Shown here one piece after another: positions 30,112 to 40,365 of a stretch of 64,000 nucleotides of DNA. The position numbers and the translations under genes are program-made. The stretch lies in contig JAZDKB010000019.1 in NCBI GenBank assembly GCA_043803405.1, positions 32,001 through 96,000 of the forward strand. The letters are read 5' to 3'. This DNA comes from Spirochaetota bacterium (GTDB lineage: Bacteria; Spirochaetota; UBA4802; JAFGDQ01). Every line of letters starts with the position of its first letter. Within the stretch, counting starts at the first letter, position 1. The notes under the pieces were generated by a model that did no database searches, was not told where the DNA came from, and saw nothing but the letters and a program-made list of their open reading frames with translations.

Positions 30112-30815
30112 TGTCTGAACCTTGATTCGCAGGATTAAAGAATTAACTTGATTTTCTGTTTTACAGAAGTACGATATGTCTGAATACTGAACTTTAAAGA
30201 TAATCTTTGTCTGAAAAAAATTTTATTATCCTATAAAATATGTTCAGCTATAGATGAAACACTAAATGATCTATAAAGATTTAACGCAAAAAATTATCGG
30301 ATGCGCGATGCAGGTACATCGGATATAGGAAATGGATTTCAGGAAGTAATATACCAGCGGGCGCTGGCAATTGAAATGGAGTATGCAGGTTTAACATTTG
30401 AACGTGAAAAAGAAATGGATATATTTTACCGTGAAGAACGCATCGGGTCGCGCAGGGCGGATTTTTTTGTTGAAAATAAAATCATGGTTGAATTGAAGGC
30501 AATCGTAAAGCTTGAAGATGTACATCTTGCGCAGGCAATGAATTATCTTGAAGCATATAATATGGAAATAGGATTGCTTATAAATTTCGGGGCAAGGAGT
30601 TTAGAATTTAAAAGAGTGCATAACAGACGTCTGAACCATGATTCGCAGGATTAGTCTGGTTTACTGATGTCTGAACCTTGATTCATGGGATTATAGGATT
30701 AACCTGATTAGCTGTTTTGCAATAGTATGGTATATCTGAAAACTGAACTCCGGAAATAATCAATGTTTGCGAAAATCATGAAAATCCTTTAATCAGGTTA
30801 ATCATGGTTCAGACA
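30112..30815. mobile_element. Repeat-bounded GxxExxY unit (REP/MITE-like)
   Basis: 44-bp imperfect terminal inverted repeats starting TGTCTGAACC (30112-30155 and 30772-30815, 35/44); extra internal copies near 30629 and 30668. Confidence 0.6.
30266..30654 (+). pseudogene. GxxExxY protein (PD-(D/E)XK-related) with a 1-nt frameshift
   Basis: ATG at 30266 reads MIYKDLTQKIIGCAMQVHRI then shifts near 30326 into GNGFQEVIYQRAL...RADFFVENKIMVELKA...GLLINFG. Confidence 0.85.
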
Positions 30816-30821
30816 GTGGTA

Positions 30822-30853
30822 GGATTTCTGTGCCGGATTTGGATTTGTGAAAT
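30822..30853 (+). repeat. 32-bp direct repeat, right copy
   Basis: See 30078-30109. Confidence 0.85.
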
Positions 30854-31015
30854 TTGTGTATGGATTCCAAAGAGAAGAGTTTTATTATTAATGAAAAGCT
30901 TGAATAAATAGAAGTTATTACACTATGAAATTTTTAGCAAATGGACATCCTTATCCGGCAAAAACGCGACTTTCTAAACTTTACCGTACCTGGCACCAGG
31001 AAGTTCTGTCTTTAA

Positions 31016-31041
31016 AGGGGAGGCGCGAGGCCTGCCCCTAC
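31016..31041 (-). repeat. GTAG-type REP-like palindrome
   Basis: Minus strand GTAG-GGGCAGGC-CTCGC-GCCTCCCC: GTAG tetranucleotide followed by an imperfect hairpin. Confidence 0.45.
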
Positions 31042-31297
31042 AGGGGTATCTTGCATTTCGAGAAAAGGAGAGGGGGAAAAGAAGGTCTGAACCGCGAAGT
31101 AAAAGGAGGATTCGCACAGGGATTTCATAGATTATGCTTTTCTTTAATTATATTAATTTGAGAGTTGGACAGATGGTATTTGTGGACAAAAAAGCCTTCA
31201 TATTTGCTAGAAGGATTTGTATAGAAGTAATACAAATACTAATATTTTTTTAATTAACTACAATGTCGGTGTTCAAAAAAAATAAAAGCTATATAAA

Positions 31298-33271
31298 ATG
31301 AACAGATCATTCTATTCAGACTCAATACTTAATTTCTTAAAGTCCAGTGACAATGAAATAATTGGCAAACTTAGCCGGAATCCATTTGGGGCTGAAGAAA
31401 CACAAGTAAATGCTTGGGCTGAGCAGATTAGAATTCTTAAGCAAATTTTATTAAAATATGACGGTGCTGTTTATTTTGAATTTTCTATTCCTCGCATGGG
31501 GCAAAGAATAGATACTGTAATATTAATAAAAGGAGTAATTTTTATTTTAGAATTTAAAGTCGGAGAAAAAGACTTTAAAGCAAGTAACATAGATCAAGTA
31601 TGGGATTATGCGCTTGATTTAAAAAATTTTCACGAAACTAGCCACAATTTCTTCATTGCACCAATTCTAATTGCAACTGAAGCAAAACACACAAATCCAT
31701 TCGTTGTAAAAACAACAAAAAATGACAAGCTGCTTGAACCAATAAAAGCAAATCCTCAGTTACTTACAAAAGTAATAGAACAAGTATTAGCCTTTGCAAA
31801 TGTAGAAAGAATTGAACCTGATAAGTGGGAAAAAGGTACTTATAGACCAACTCCAACAATAATTGAAGCAGCTATGGCATTGTACAATGGGCATAGTGTT
31901 GAAGAAATAGCCAAATGTGAATCGGACGATATTAACCTAGGTTATACTACAAAAGCAATTTCTGAAATCATTGAATCCGCAAGAATAAATAAAAATAAAG
32001 TTATATGTTTTGTAACAGGTGTTCCTGGATCGGGCAAGACTTTAGTTGGACTAAATATCGCTACAACGCATATTGATAAAGATAGTGATATTTATAGTGT
32101 CTTTCTTTCTGGAAATGGACCTTTAGTAAAAATACTTAGAGAGGCACTAATACGCGACAGGATTAAACGAGAGAAAGCAACAGGGAAAAAATTAAAAAAG
32201 GGTGAAGTCTCCGGTGAAGTAAAAATGTTTATACAAAATGTTCATAATTTTCGTGATGAATGTTTACGAGTTACAGAAAAACCACCAATAGAACATGTAG
32301 CTTTATTTGATGAGGCTCAAAGGGCTTGGGATGTTCAGCAAACATCAAATTTTATGAAGCGTAAAAAAAATACACCAAATTTCAATAAATCAGAATCTGA
32401 ATTTTTAATATCTTGTCTTGACCGGCATAAAGACTGGGCTGTCGTTGTCTGTCTTGTTGGAGGTGGACAGGAAATAAATACCGGAGAAGCTGGGATAAGT
32501 GAATGGATTATTTCTTTGAACAGATCATTCCCTGACTGGCATATTCATATATCGCCTAATTTAACAGAATCCGAATACGGTGCTAAAGATGTAATACAAA
32601 ATGTAAAAGATAGAAAAAATGTCTTTTTCAAAGATAAACTTCATTTATCAGTTTCTATGAGATCTTTTAGAGCTGAGAATGTATCTTTACTGGTAAAACA
32701 ATTACTTGATTTAGACAAAGACAGTGCTAAAAAGACTTTAATAGAACTTATAGAAAAATTTCCTATTGTAATTACACGTGATTTACCAAAAGCAAAAAAT
32801 TGGTTAAAAAAACAGGCGAGAGGTTCTGAACGTTACGGCATTATTGTATCATCTGAAGCTGAACGCTTAAGACCATATGCAATTAATATAAAGTCTCCAA
32901 TGGATCCGATTCATTGGTTTCTTAATGGAAAAGAAGATATTAGATCATCCTATTATCTTGAGGATGTAGCAACTGAATTTAGTATTCAAGGACTAGAATT
33001 GGATTGGGCTTGCGTTACATGGGATGCTGATTTTCGATTTTCTAATAATGGATGGGAATATTGGTCGTTTCGTGGAAACAAGTGGAATCACATCCTGAAA
33101 CAGGAACGCCAAAGATATTTAAAGAACGCATATAGAGTTTTACTAACAAGAGCAAGGCAAGGTATGGTAATTGTAGTCCCTGAAGGAGACAAGGACGATC
33201 CAACAAGAAAGGACAAATTCTACGATCCTACATACAATTACTTAAAAGAGATATGTTTTCAAGAGATCTAA
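31298..33271 (+). CDS. DUF2075-family (Schlafen group-3-like) helicase with N-terminal nuclease-like domain
   Basis: [15 protein letters not shown]; Walker [34 protein letters not shown]. Confidence 0.88.
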   Translation: MNRSFYSDSILNFLKSSDNEIIGKLSRNPFGAEETQVNAWAEQIRILKQILLKYDGAVYFEFSIPRMGQRIDTVILIKGVIFILEFKVGEKDFKASNIDQVWDYALDLKNFHETSHNFFIAPILIATEAKHTNPFVVKTTKNDKLLEPIKANPQLLTKVIEQVLAFANVERIEPDKWEKGTYRPTPTIIEAAMALYNGHSVEEIAKCESDDINLGYTTKAISEIIESARINKNKVICFVTGVPGSGKTLVGLNIATTHIDKDSDIYSVFLSGNGPLVKILREALIRDRIKREKATGKKLKKGEVSGEVKMFIQNVHNFRDECLRVTEKPPIEHVALFDEAQRAWDVQQTSNFMKRKKNTPNFNKSESEFLISCLDRHKDWAVVVCLVGGGQEINTGEAGISEWIISLNRSFPDWHIHISPNLTESEYGAKDVIQNVKDRKNVFFKDKLHLSVSMRSFRAENVSLLVKQLLDLDKDSAKKTLIELIEKFPIVITRDLPKAKNWLKKQARGSERYGIIVSSEAERLRPYAINIKSPMDPIHWFLNGKEDIRSSYYLEDVATEFSIQGLELDWACVTWDADFRFSNNGWEYWSFRGNKWNHILKQERQRYLKNAYRVLLTRARQGMVIVVPEGDKDDPTRKDKFYDPTYNYLKEICFQEI

Positions 33272-33355
33272 GTAAATTTATAACATACATTTATGGTCAG
33301 CCATTTGAGTATTTTTTTTAAACAAAAAGTATATCATACATAGCGGAGAAAACCA

Positions 33356-34303
33356 ATGAGTAAAAGAACATATATTTCTTTTCTGTTAATCTTTATTATT
33401 TCATGTAATACCAATAAAAATGTAACTAACTTACAAATTGAAGACAATTATTCAACAGCAATTGAAAAATTAACTTTAAATCTGAAGAACCTTTATCTCA
33501 CAAATTTTTTAGCAGCTAAAAAGAAACTCGCAGTTATAATATTTGTAAATGAGAATGGCATTCAATCTCGAATGGGAGAATTCATTTCAAATAGCATTCA
33601 ATTAAAAATATTCGATCCAAAAACATTTACATTACTTGAAAGAGAAAGAATAGACAGTCTATTAAGCGAATATGAATTTAATCAAACAGGACTTGTTAGC
33701 AGTATTGACTCAAAAAAATTAGGACAATTACTCGGAGCTGATCTTGTGCTGATTGGCACAGTAGCCCTGAATAAAACAGATAATAATAAACTTTATTTTA
33801 TAATCACTGGAAGGATAGTTAATCTTGAATCCGGTGAGATAACAGCAATTAATTCGATAAATATTAAATCAAATGATGAGTTATTCGAAAAATACAATAC
33901 AAAGCTTGCAAAGAATCTTGTAAATATAGCCGGACAATATAAGCTCACAATCAAAAATATAGTTGTTGATCGTAAAAAAGCAGACGGAAGAGACTGGGAT
34001 GTAATGAGTGGACCAGATATTTTTTTAATAGTAAAAACGTCATTAACAGATAACATAAAATCAAAGATATTTACTGACAAGTACGAAGTTCAGGGAGAGG
34101 TATTAACAAGCAGAATTATTCTAGGGAAGAATGATTATATAAACATTGCTGTATACGATTATGATGACATGGAAAAGGATCTTATAGGCAATATAATAAT
34201 CAGTGAACAGCAAATCATAGATTGCTTAACAGCCAAAACAGAAAAGAAAGTTAATGTTGATCAGATAAAATCGTTAACTTATTCCATTGAGAGGGAAGAT
34301 TAG
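33356..34303 (+). CDS. Lipoprotein with CsgG/FlgO-like domain and C-terminal C2-like domain
   Basis: Lipobox IISC; LLERERIDSLLSEYEF...LGQLLGAD; DWDVMSGPDIF...VYDYDD..DLIG. Confidence 0.7.
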   Translation: MSKRTYISFLLIFIISCNTNKNVTNLQIEDNYSTAIEKLTLNLKNLYLTNFLAAKKKLAVIIFVNENGIQSRMGEFISNSIQLKIFDPKTFTLLERERIDSLLSEYEFNQTGLVSSIDSKKLGQLLGADLVLIGTVALNKTDNNKLYFIITGRIVNLESGEITAINSINIKSNDELFEKYNTKLAKNLVNIAGQYKLTIKNIVVDRKKADGRDWDVMSGPDIFLIVKTSLTDNIKSKIFTDKYEVQGEVLTSRIILGKNDYINIAVYDYDDMEKDLIGNIIISEQQIIDCLTAKTEKKVNVDQIKSLTYSIERED

Positions 34304-34348
34304 AAAAGACGCATTCAATTGCATCCAATCTCGCTTTACATCTTCTAC

Positions 34349-34501
34349 CCCTTAATCTTTGCAGAACAACGCGTTATTATAGAACGCGATGATCGCTTAC
34401 TCGGGAAGGTAGACGAACTAGAGACGCAGGTCACGGAACAGAAAGAACGTGCTGAGGAGTTAAAGCAGTCTGTTTTGAGATAGGTATTCGTGGGAAGATA
34501 G
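34349..34501 (+). pseudogene. hsdS: Relic of a type I restriction-modification specificity subunit (HsdS) C-terminus
   Basis: Manual translation PLIFAEQRVIIERDDRLLGKVDELETQVTEQKERAEELKQSVLR*VFVGR* matches the conserved HsdS terminal coiled coil (P.P...EQ..I...D.L...L.QS.L..AF.G). Confidence 0.7.
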
Positions 34502-34552
34502 AATATATAAAATTGTAATTAGAATTATTAAAGGAATTACTAACCAGAAAAT

Positions 34553-35314
34553 ATGCCACTTAAATTCACTTCGCATGCATCAAATAATATTTTTTTAGGT
34601 CAACATGCTATCATTGTAGATGAAATTAAATTAGTAAAGTGGGTTGCTTCGACGCTTATTTCAAAACATAATCATATATTGAGAATTATTTCATCAGACA
34701 AAAAAGATAAAAAATTAAAGATTAAAGACACCGTAGTAAGAAGTGTTATTAAAAAAGTATTACATGCAATAGATACAGACCATCGGGATGGACTTCTTTT
34801 TCAACATATTTCATGGATATGTGCTGCAATAAATAAAAATAAATATGACCTACTTAAAGCTCCACATTGTCGAATAGCTGACAAAGGACAAGATAATCTT
34901 ATTATTCATTTAAATAAAAATAATAAAATTACAAGTATTTCTATATGTGAAGATAAAGCTACAAGCAATGTACGGGATACAATAAGAGATAAAGTTTTCC
35001 CTGAATTTGCTGTTTATGAGTCAGGTGAAAAAGATTCCGAGCTGGAATCTGAAGTTCTTTCGATGTTAGAAAAACATACTGATACAAATCGGGCAGAGTC
35101 ATTAATTAAAAGTATTTTTTGGGATCAGGCCAGGAACTATAAAATAAATGTTACGATTACGAATGAAGATCCATTTCGAATATTTAAAGATTACGAAAAT
35201 TGCATTAAAGGTAATGTCGATAGAAGAACTGGTAACACTATTCAAATACACGACTTACGTAATTGGTTTACTCAATTCGCAAAGAAAATTGAAGATTACT
35301 TAAATTCGTTATAA
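34553..35314 (+). CDS. hamA: HamA-like (DUF1837-like) nuclease of a Hachiman-type defence system
   Basis: DGLLFQHISW...KGQDNL...CEDKA nuclease-like motif; 8 bp upstream of a Ski2-like helicase. Confidence 0.6.
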   Translation: MPLKFTSHASNNIFLGQHAIIVDEIKLVKWVASTLISKHNHILRIISSDKKDKKLKIKDTVVRSVIKKVLHAIDTDHRDGLLFQHISWICAAINKNKYDLLKAPHCRIADKGQDNLIIHLNKNNKITSISICEDKATSNVRDTIRDKVFPEFAVYESGEKDSELESEVLSMLEKHTDTNRAESLIKSIFWDQARNYKINVTITNEDPFRIFKDYENCIKGNVDRRTGNTIQIHDLRNWFTQFAKKIEDYLNSL

Positions 35315-35322
35315 GAGGCATA

Positions 35323-38300
35323 ATGTTTGATCCAGTTTCTGCAGAGATTATTAGGTCAGCTCCAGAATTAGAAGGTATTACTCATGACCGTCTTCCTGAA
35401 TACCTTAGTGAGATGTATACAAAAATTGTAAATCTAAGAATAAAAATTAATCTTTCCAATGTATCAATCGATAAAAAGGATCATGAAGAATTACAAAAAT
35501 TGTGGAGACTTGCTCACACTTATAGCGCATTAACTGTGGGTGGCAAATTAGAAAAAAAGCAAAAGCTTGGAGCTGCATTCGTAGCTGCAAATGCATTCAA
35601 TTTAATTTGGCAGGCCAATAAAATTGGCCTAACTTCTTTTCAATTGCTTAATGAATTTTCAGATTTCTCGATTTCTCCAGTAATTTTATCTGCTATTCTT
35701 TTTATGATAGCGGAACAACCAGCGGATGCATACGAAGCCTCAGAAAAAATAAAACCTAAAATTGAGTCACTCTCATCAATTAATATATTGGAACAAGCTA
35801 TATATTTTTTAGTAACAGGGAAACTGAAGGAAATTGCAAAACTTCCAGAAGCAGATAAAATAAAAACAAATGTAATGGAAGAACCTGATTTGGAATCAGC
35901 AGCTTATAAGATTTTATGGAATAAAATTATTGAAGGAATAAGAAAATTATCCCACATATTATTGGGTATATCTGAAGTAAGCGTTCATCAATCCTGGAGG
36001 ACATTATTACAAGAAGTCATCGATTTAGCTTCGATTAGAGAAAAAAACGGCGACTTTGAATTTGTAAGTAATTTTGCTGCCCCCTACCATTTAGCATACT
36101 TACTTTTAGAAATGGGAGAAGAATTGTTACTTAAAGCGGTAATAAATATACCTCCCCCTCCAAGGATTGATCAAGATTTATGGAAAGGCTACTTAAAGAC
36201 TGTAGTTCAAAAACGACCTTACCTTTGGAAAAATCACTACGATGCCATTCAGAGTGGTTTTCTAACACCTGGAGTATCATCTGTTATTACATTTCCAACA
36301 GGTGCTGGAAAATCTACGATTACAGAATTTAAAATTGCTTCTACTTTAATAAGTGGGAAAAGTGTCCTCTACTTAACTCCAACGAAAGCACTTGTAGATC
36401 AAGTTGAACGAGATCTAAAAAATAATATTGGGCAATACTTTTCTGAAGATAATTTAATTGAGCTGCTTTTTGGATCGGATACTAAGGACTTTTCCCCAGA
36501 GAATTTAATTAACGGGTCAGTAATTGAAGATAACTATTTTATAGATTTTAATGAAGGAATTCCATCAGTAGCGGTAATGACTCCCGAACGGTGTTTATCA
36601 ATATTGTGTGTTGAGAAAGATTCTTTTAATAATTTAGGCCTTATTATTTTTGACGAATGTCATTTACTTCACGGGGGAGGTACTTTTATTGATAGAAGAG
36701 GAATTGATGCGATGTTTGCTCTATTATACCTATTATCAATTCCGGAAATCAAGCCAGATGTATTATTAGCTTCTGCGATGGTAGCGAATGGAGATGAATT
36801 ATCTGGTTGGCTTTCTAATATTTTAAAACGAAAGTGTCTTTCTCTCAATTTACGATGGAAACCTACAAGACAAGCACGTGGCTGTGTGGTGTATGATAAA
36901 GATAATATTACTAATCTCAATAACTTGATTACCCATTATTTAAAGACAACAAATGTTATTAATCCTCCAAATGAATTACAAAATCAACTTTTGATAAAAC
37001 CTGAAGGCCTATTTTGTTTAAAACAAACCTGGAACACCAATGCAACTGAAGATTATACAAAAATACGTTTGTTAAACAATGAAATATTAATCACTGCATC
37101 AGGTAAGAGACCAAAATGGCATCTTACTGCTAATCGCAATAATGTAGCTGCAGAAATAGGGCAATTTTTTTCTGCGATGGGAATTAAAACTTTAATTTTC
37201 GCAGATTCCCCCAAAAATGCCATTAGCATTGCTATTAAAGCTGCAAATCTTATAAATGATTCAAAAAAAATACAATACCGAGATGAAGATTTAAAATTAT
37301 TAGAAATTTGTAAAGTTGAAATTGGTTCTTCGGATAATATTTATGAAACAATTGAAAACAAAACAGGCTGTCATCATGGATTATTATTCTTAACGGAGAG
37401 AAGGCTTATTGAACAGATATTTAGGCGTAATGATGCAACTGGAATAAATCTATTATCAGCTACACCTACTTTAGCACAAGGAATGAATTTACCAGTTGAG
37501 CTAGTAATCCTTGCTGGTGATGATCGTTATGATGTAAATTTTGATAGCAGAAAATTATTAAATGCTCATGAATTATTAAATGCAAGTGGACGCGCAGGAA
37601 GAGCTGGCTGGGTTGCGACTGGTTTAGTTATTTTAATACCTAGTAATATAATATCCATTCATGAATCAGCAAATGCTACTACCTTAGACAAGTATTGGTT
37701 TGAATTAAAAAATTTGATTTATAGCCAAGAAGACCAATGTCTTGAAATAATTGATCCATTAACCCTTTGTCTGGATGCGATTCAAAATGAATCTGAAAAT
37801 AATAAACGAGAAGCAGAATACTTTTTACAACGATTGCCAAAATTACAAACTCATAATATTTCTGATTTATTAAAAAAGTCATTCGGATATTATAAATCAA
37901 AACAAAAAGATGCCGAGAAAGATTATTTAGAGAAAATATTAATTATTGAAGATAGAATTTCAAAGTTATCTGTAGAAAAATTCGATAACTGGATAGAAGC
38001 TATTGCCACAGAGACAGGCATTAAAACCATTATAATAAATAACATTAAAAACATTCTCTTAGAAATAACCCCAACAAAAAACACAATCGAATGGATTGAT
38101 TTCATTTTACTTTGGTTAAAGAATAATAAAGAATTTTGTTCAGAAATCATGCCTATTGAAAAATTGAAATCCATTCTAAAAGCAAAATTAAAAGGAAATA
38201 ATATTTCCCATGAAATGTTAATCCCAGAAATTGGTTCCTTATTGAAACTTTGGATGGGAGGAGAAACTATTACATCAATGGCTGAATGGATTGATGACAA

Positions 38301-38640
38301 AAAGGAAAAATGTAAAAATATCAGAGAATTTATTATCAGATTATTACCGAGCATTAGTTTTATTTTTGGTTTATTTCCGTTAGTTTATAGAAAAATGATC
38401 GAAAATAATAATTCTGAAGATGTAATCCCTGCAGATTTTGGTTCTTTAGCTGGTTGCATAAGAGAAGGTTTTGATTGTCCAGAAAAACTGGCGATGTATC
38501 AAATTAAAATTAAACGGGACTTAATATGCCGTGTTAAGATTCACCAAGAATATAATAAAATAAAATTTGAGAAGATAATCGATAGAAGCATTGAAACATA
38601 TGACGACTTATTAAAAAGAGTCAGGAAAGCACTTGATTGA
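35323..38640 (+). CDS. hamB: Ski2-like DEAD/DEAH helicase, HamB-like
   Basis: PTGAGKS, DECH, HHGLL, ATPTLAQGMNLP, GRAGRAG; 1105 aa with helical N-terminus. Confidence 0.75.
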   Translation: MFDPVSAEIIRSAPELEGITHDRLPEYLSEMYTKIVNLRIKINLSNVSIDKKDHEELQKLWRLAHTYSALTVGGKLEKKQKLGAAFVAANAFNLIWQANKIGLTSFQLLNEFSDFSISPVILSAILFMIAEQPADAYEASEKIKPKIESLSSINILEQAIYFLVTGKLKEIAKLPEADKIKTNVMEEPDLESAAYKILWNKIIEGIRKLSHILLGISEVSVHQSWRTLLQEVIDLASIREKNGDFEFVSNFAAPYHLAYLLLEMGEELLLKAVINIPPPPRIDQDLWKGYLKTVVQKRPYLWKNHYDAIQSGFLTPGVSSVITFPTGAGKSTITEFKIASTLISGKSVLYLTPTKALVDQVERDLKNNIGQYFSEDNLIELLFGSDTKDFSPENLINGSVIEDNYFIDFNEGIPSVAVMTPERCLSILCVEKDSFNNLGLIIFDECHLLHGGGTFIDRRGIDAMFALLYLLSIPEIKPDVLLASAMVANGDELSGWLSNILKRKCLSLNLRWKPTRQARGCVVYDKDNITNLNNLITHYLKTTNVINPPNELQNQLLIKPEGLFCLKQTWNTNATEDYTKIRLLNNEILITASGKRPKWHLTANRNNVAAEIGQFFSAMGIKTLIFADSPKNAISIAIKAANLINDSKKIQYRDEDLKLLEICKVEIGSSDNIYETIENKTGCHHGLLFLTERRLIEQIFRRNDATGINLLSATPTLAQGMNLPVELVILAGDDRYDVNFDSRKLLNAHELLNASGRAGRAGWVATGLVILIPSNIISIHESANATTLDKYWFELKNLIYSQEDQCLEIIDPLTLCLDAIQNESENNKREAEYFLQRLPKLQTHNISDLLKKSFGYYKSKQKDAEKDYLEKILIIEDRISKLSVEKFDNWIEAIATETGIKTIIINNIKNILLEITPTKNTIEWIDFILLWLKNNKEFCSEIMPIEKLKSILKAKLKGNNISHEMLIPEIGSLLKLWMGGETITSMAEWIDDKKEKCKNIREFIIRLLPSISFIFGLFPLVYRKMIENNNSEDVIPADFGSLAGCIREGFDCPEKLAMYQIKIKRDLICRVKIHQEYNKIKFEKIIDRSIETYDDLLKRVRKALD

Positions 38641-38861
38641 AAATACATAATTGCCATATTGCAGGAAAGGAATCATATAAAAAAATTATAAATTCAATTA
38701 AATAAGGCTTACTGGAAAAGTGTTGTTTTTGAAATAAATAGTAAAACTAGTGAAAAATTATATTATAATTTTCATCCTATCTCTGGTTTAAAAGTACAGT
38801 AGTAAAAGCATATAGTAACATCTGCAGATTATTTATTAGCAAAAAATTTATGAGCAATTAC

Positions 38862-39003
38862 ATCTAACCTCTCTTTACGCACTCATCCCTCCCCGCCCGG
38901 TGAGAAGATACCGCACCGGGTTATTGAAGCGTGTGCGTCGGTCGGACACAAACGGACATCCTGTCCGTGTCCGACACTAGGACATCCATGTCCGTCGCCC
39001 TCG
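38862..39003 (+). repeat. attC-like repeat, copy 1
   Basis: Starts ATCTAAC (RYYYAAC); shares CTCTCTTTACG and GTGAGAAGATACCGCACCGGGTTATTGAA with the other copies; internal hairpins. Confidence 0.6.
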
Positions 39004-39082
39004 TCATTCAATTTTAATAAAGAAAATTTGTTGCAATTTAATTTCTGAATAACATATAAAGTATATATCAGGAGAAAGAATT

Positions 39083-39280
39083 ATGGATAAAGGGCTTTTA
39101 AATAAAGCACTGAAAATGCCCCCAAATGAAAGAGTGGTATTTGCAGAATTAATTCTTGCCAGCATAGACCATGAAGAAGAAGAAATGCGGAAAGCATGGC
39201 TTACTGAAGTTAATTCACGGATGAAAGCTGTTAATGAAGGAAAAGCTAAGCTGCTTGATTTCGAAAAATTATATTTATGA
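39083..39280 (+). CDS. Addiction-module antitoxin (TIGR02574-like)
   Basis: ALKMPPNER..AELILASID...AWLTEVNSR...GKA pattern; overlaps the toxin start. Confidence 0.85.
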   Translation: MDKGLLNKALKMPPNERVVFAELILASIDHEEEEMRKAWLTEVNSRMKAVNEGKAKLLDFEKLYL

Positions 39281-39567
39281 AGATTAGCATTGATGAACTG
39301 GCAAACAAGGAATTTAATGACGCTATTGATTGGTATTAAAACCAATCAGAAGGTTTAGGAAAAAGATTTAAAAAATCTGTTATTAATCAAATAAAAAAAA
39401 TTAACAAAAATCCCAATTGGTTTTTAATAGAAGCAGATAATATTTATAAAGCATACATTCCAAAATTTCCATATAAAATATTATTTTCAATAGACAAAGA
39501 TATGATAACCATCTGGGCAATAGCTCATATGCATAGGAAACCATGGTATTGGCAGTCCAGGAAATAA
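39277..39567 (+). pseudogene. ParE/RelE-family toxin with an in-frame stop
   Basis: MKISIDELANKEFNDAIDWY*NQSEGLGKRF...FPYKILF...AIAHMHRKPWYW; TAA at 39337-39339. Confidence 0.85.
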
Positions 39568-39581
39568 TGACATTCGTTGTA

Positions 39582-39679
39582 ACCTAACCTCTCTTTACGC
39601 ATACATCAGTCAGGCTTAAACTGGCATCCTGTTCGTCGCCTCCCCGCTCCGTGATAAGATACCGCACCGGGTTATTGAA
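39582..39679 (+). repeat. attC-like repeat, copy 2 (truncated)
   Basis: ACCTAAC-CTCTCTTTACG...GTGATAAGATACCGCACCGGGTTATTGAA, 14 bp after the toxin stop. Confidence 0.6.
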
Positions 39680-39789
39680 CAATAATAAAAATCCAATAAG
39701 GTCATACAATTAAACAACTTGACAAAATTATTTTTAATAATTATTTATATCATCAATAAAATTATTTAGAACGAATAGAGGATAAAGCA

Positions 39790-39999
39790 ATGCCTTCGGA
39801 TAATTTACTCAAAGAAGCGCTTTCTCTGAAACCCGTAGAAAAAGCAGATTTGATTGATAAGCTTCTTTCCAGCCTTGATAAGCCGGATAAAGAAATTGAT
39901 AAATTATGGGCTAAAGAAGTTGAAAACAGAATCAATGCTTACGATCGGGGAGAGGCCAAAGTTCTTACTCTTGAAGATGTGCTTAAAAAATATAAATAA
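39790..39999 (+). CDS. Addiction-module antitoxin (TIGR02574-like)
   Basis: EALSLKPVEKADLIDKLLSSLD...WAKEVENRI.AYDRG; GAGG RBS. Confidence 0.85.
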   Translation: MPSDNLLKEALSLKPVEKADLIDKLLSSLDKPDKEIDKLWAKEVENRINAYDRGEAKVLTLEDVLKKYK

Positions 40000-40042
40000 T
40001 ATTCCTCTTTGATCCAGCCTTAAAAAATAGAATAATTTCAAA

Positions 40043-40333
40043 ATGAGAATAAATTTTCTGGAAATCGCTAAAATCGAATTAGATTATGCAATAGAATATT
40101 ACAATTATGAATCTACAGGGCTTGGCGACGAATTTTTAATAGAAATTTTGAAAGTCCTTGACCGCATTGGACAATTTCCGGAAGCATGGCACCCATATTC
40201 CATAAGAACAAGAAGATGCCAGACTCGTAGATTTCCATATGGAGTGATTTATCAGATAAGGGAAAATGAAATATTAGTAGTTGCAGTTGCAAATCTCCAT
40301 AGAAAACCTGATTATTGGAAAGATCGGGTATAA
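40043..40333 (+). CDS. ParE/RelE-family toxin
   Basis: AKIELDYAIEYY...GLGDEF...RRFPYGVIY...VAVANLHRKPDYW. Confidence 0.88.
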   Translation: MRINFLEIAKIELDYAIEYYNYESTGLGDEFLIEILKVLDRIGQFPEAWHPYSIRTRRCQTRRFPYGVIYQIRENEILVVAVANLHRKPDYWKDRV

Positions 40334-40365
40334 AATATAAAAACTCTTTAGCAAGCTATATAAAA

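Noticed and set aside
30925..31161. 78-aa ORF
   Set aside because: It runs through REP-like repeats and has no recognisable domain.
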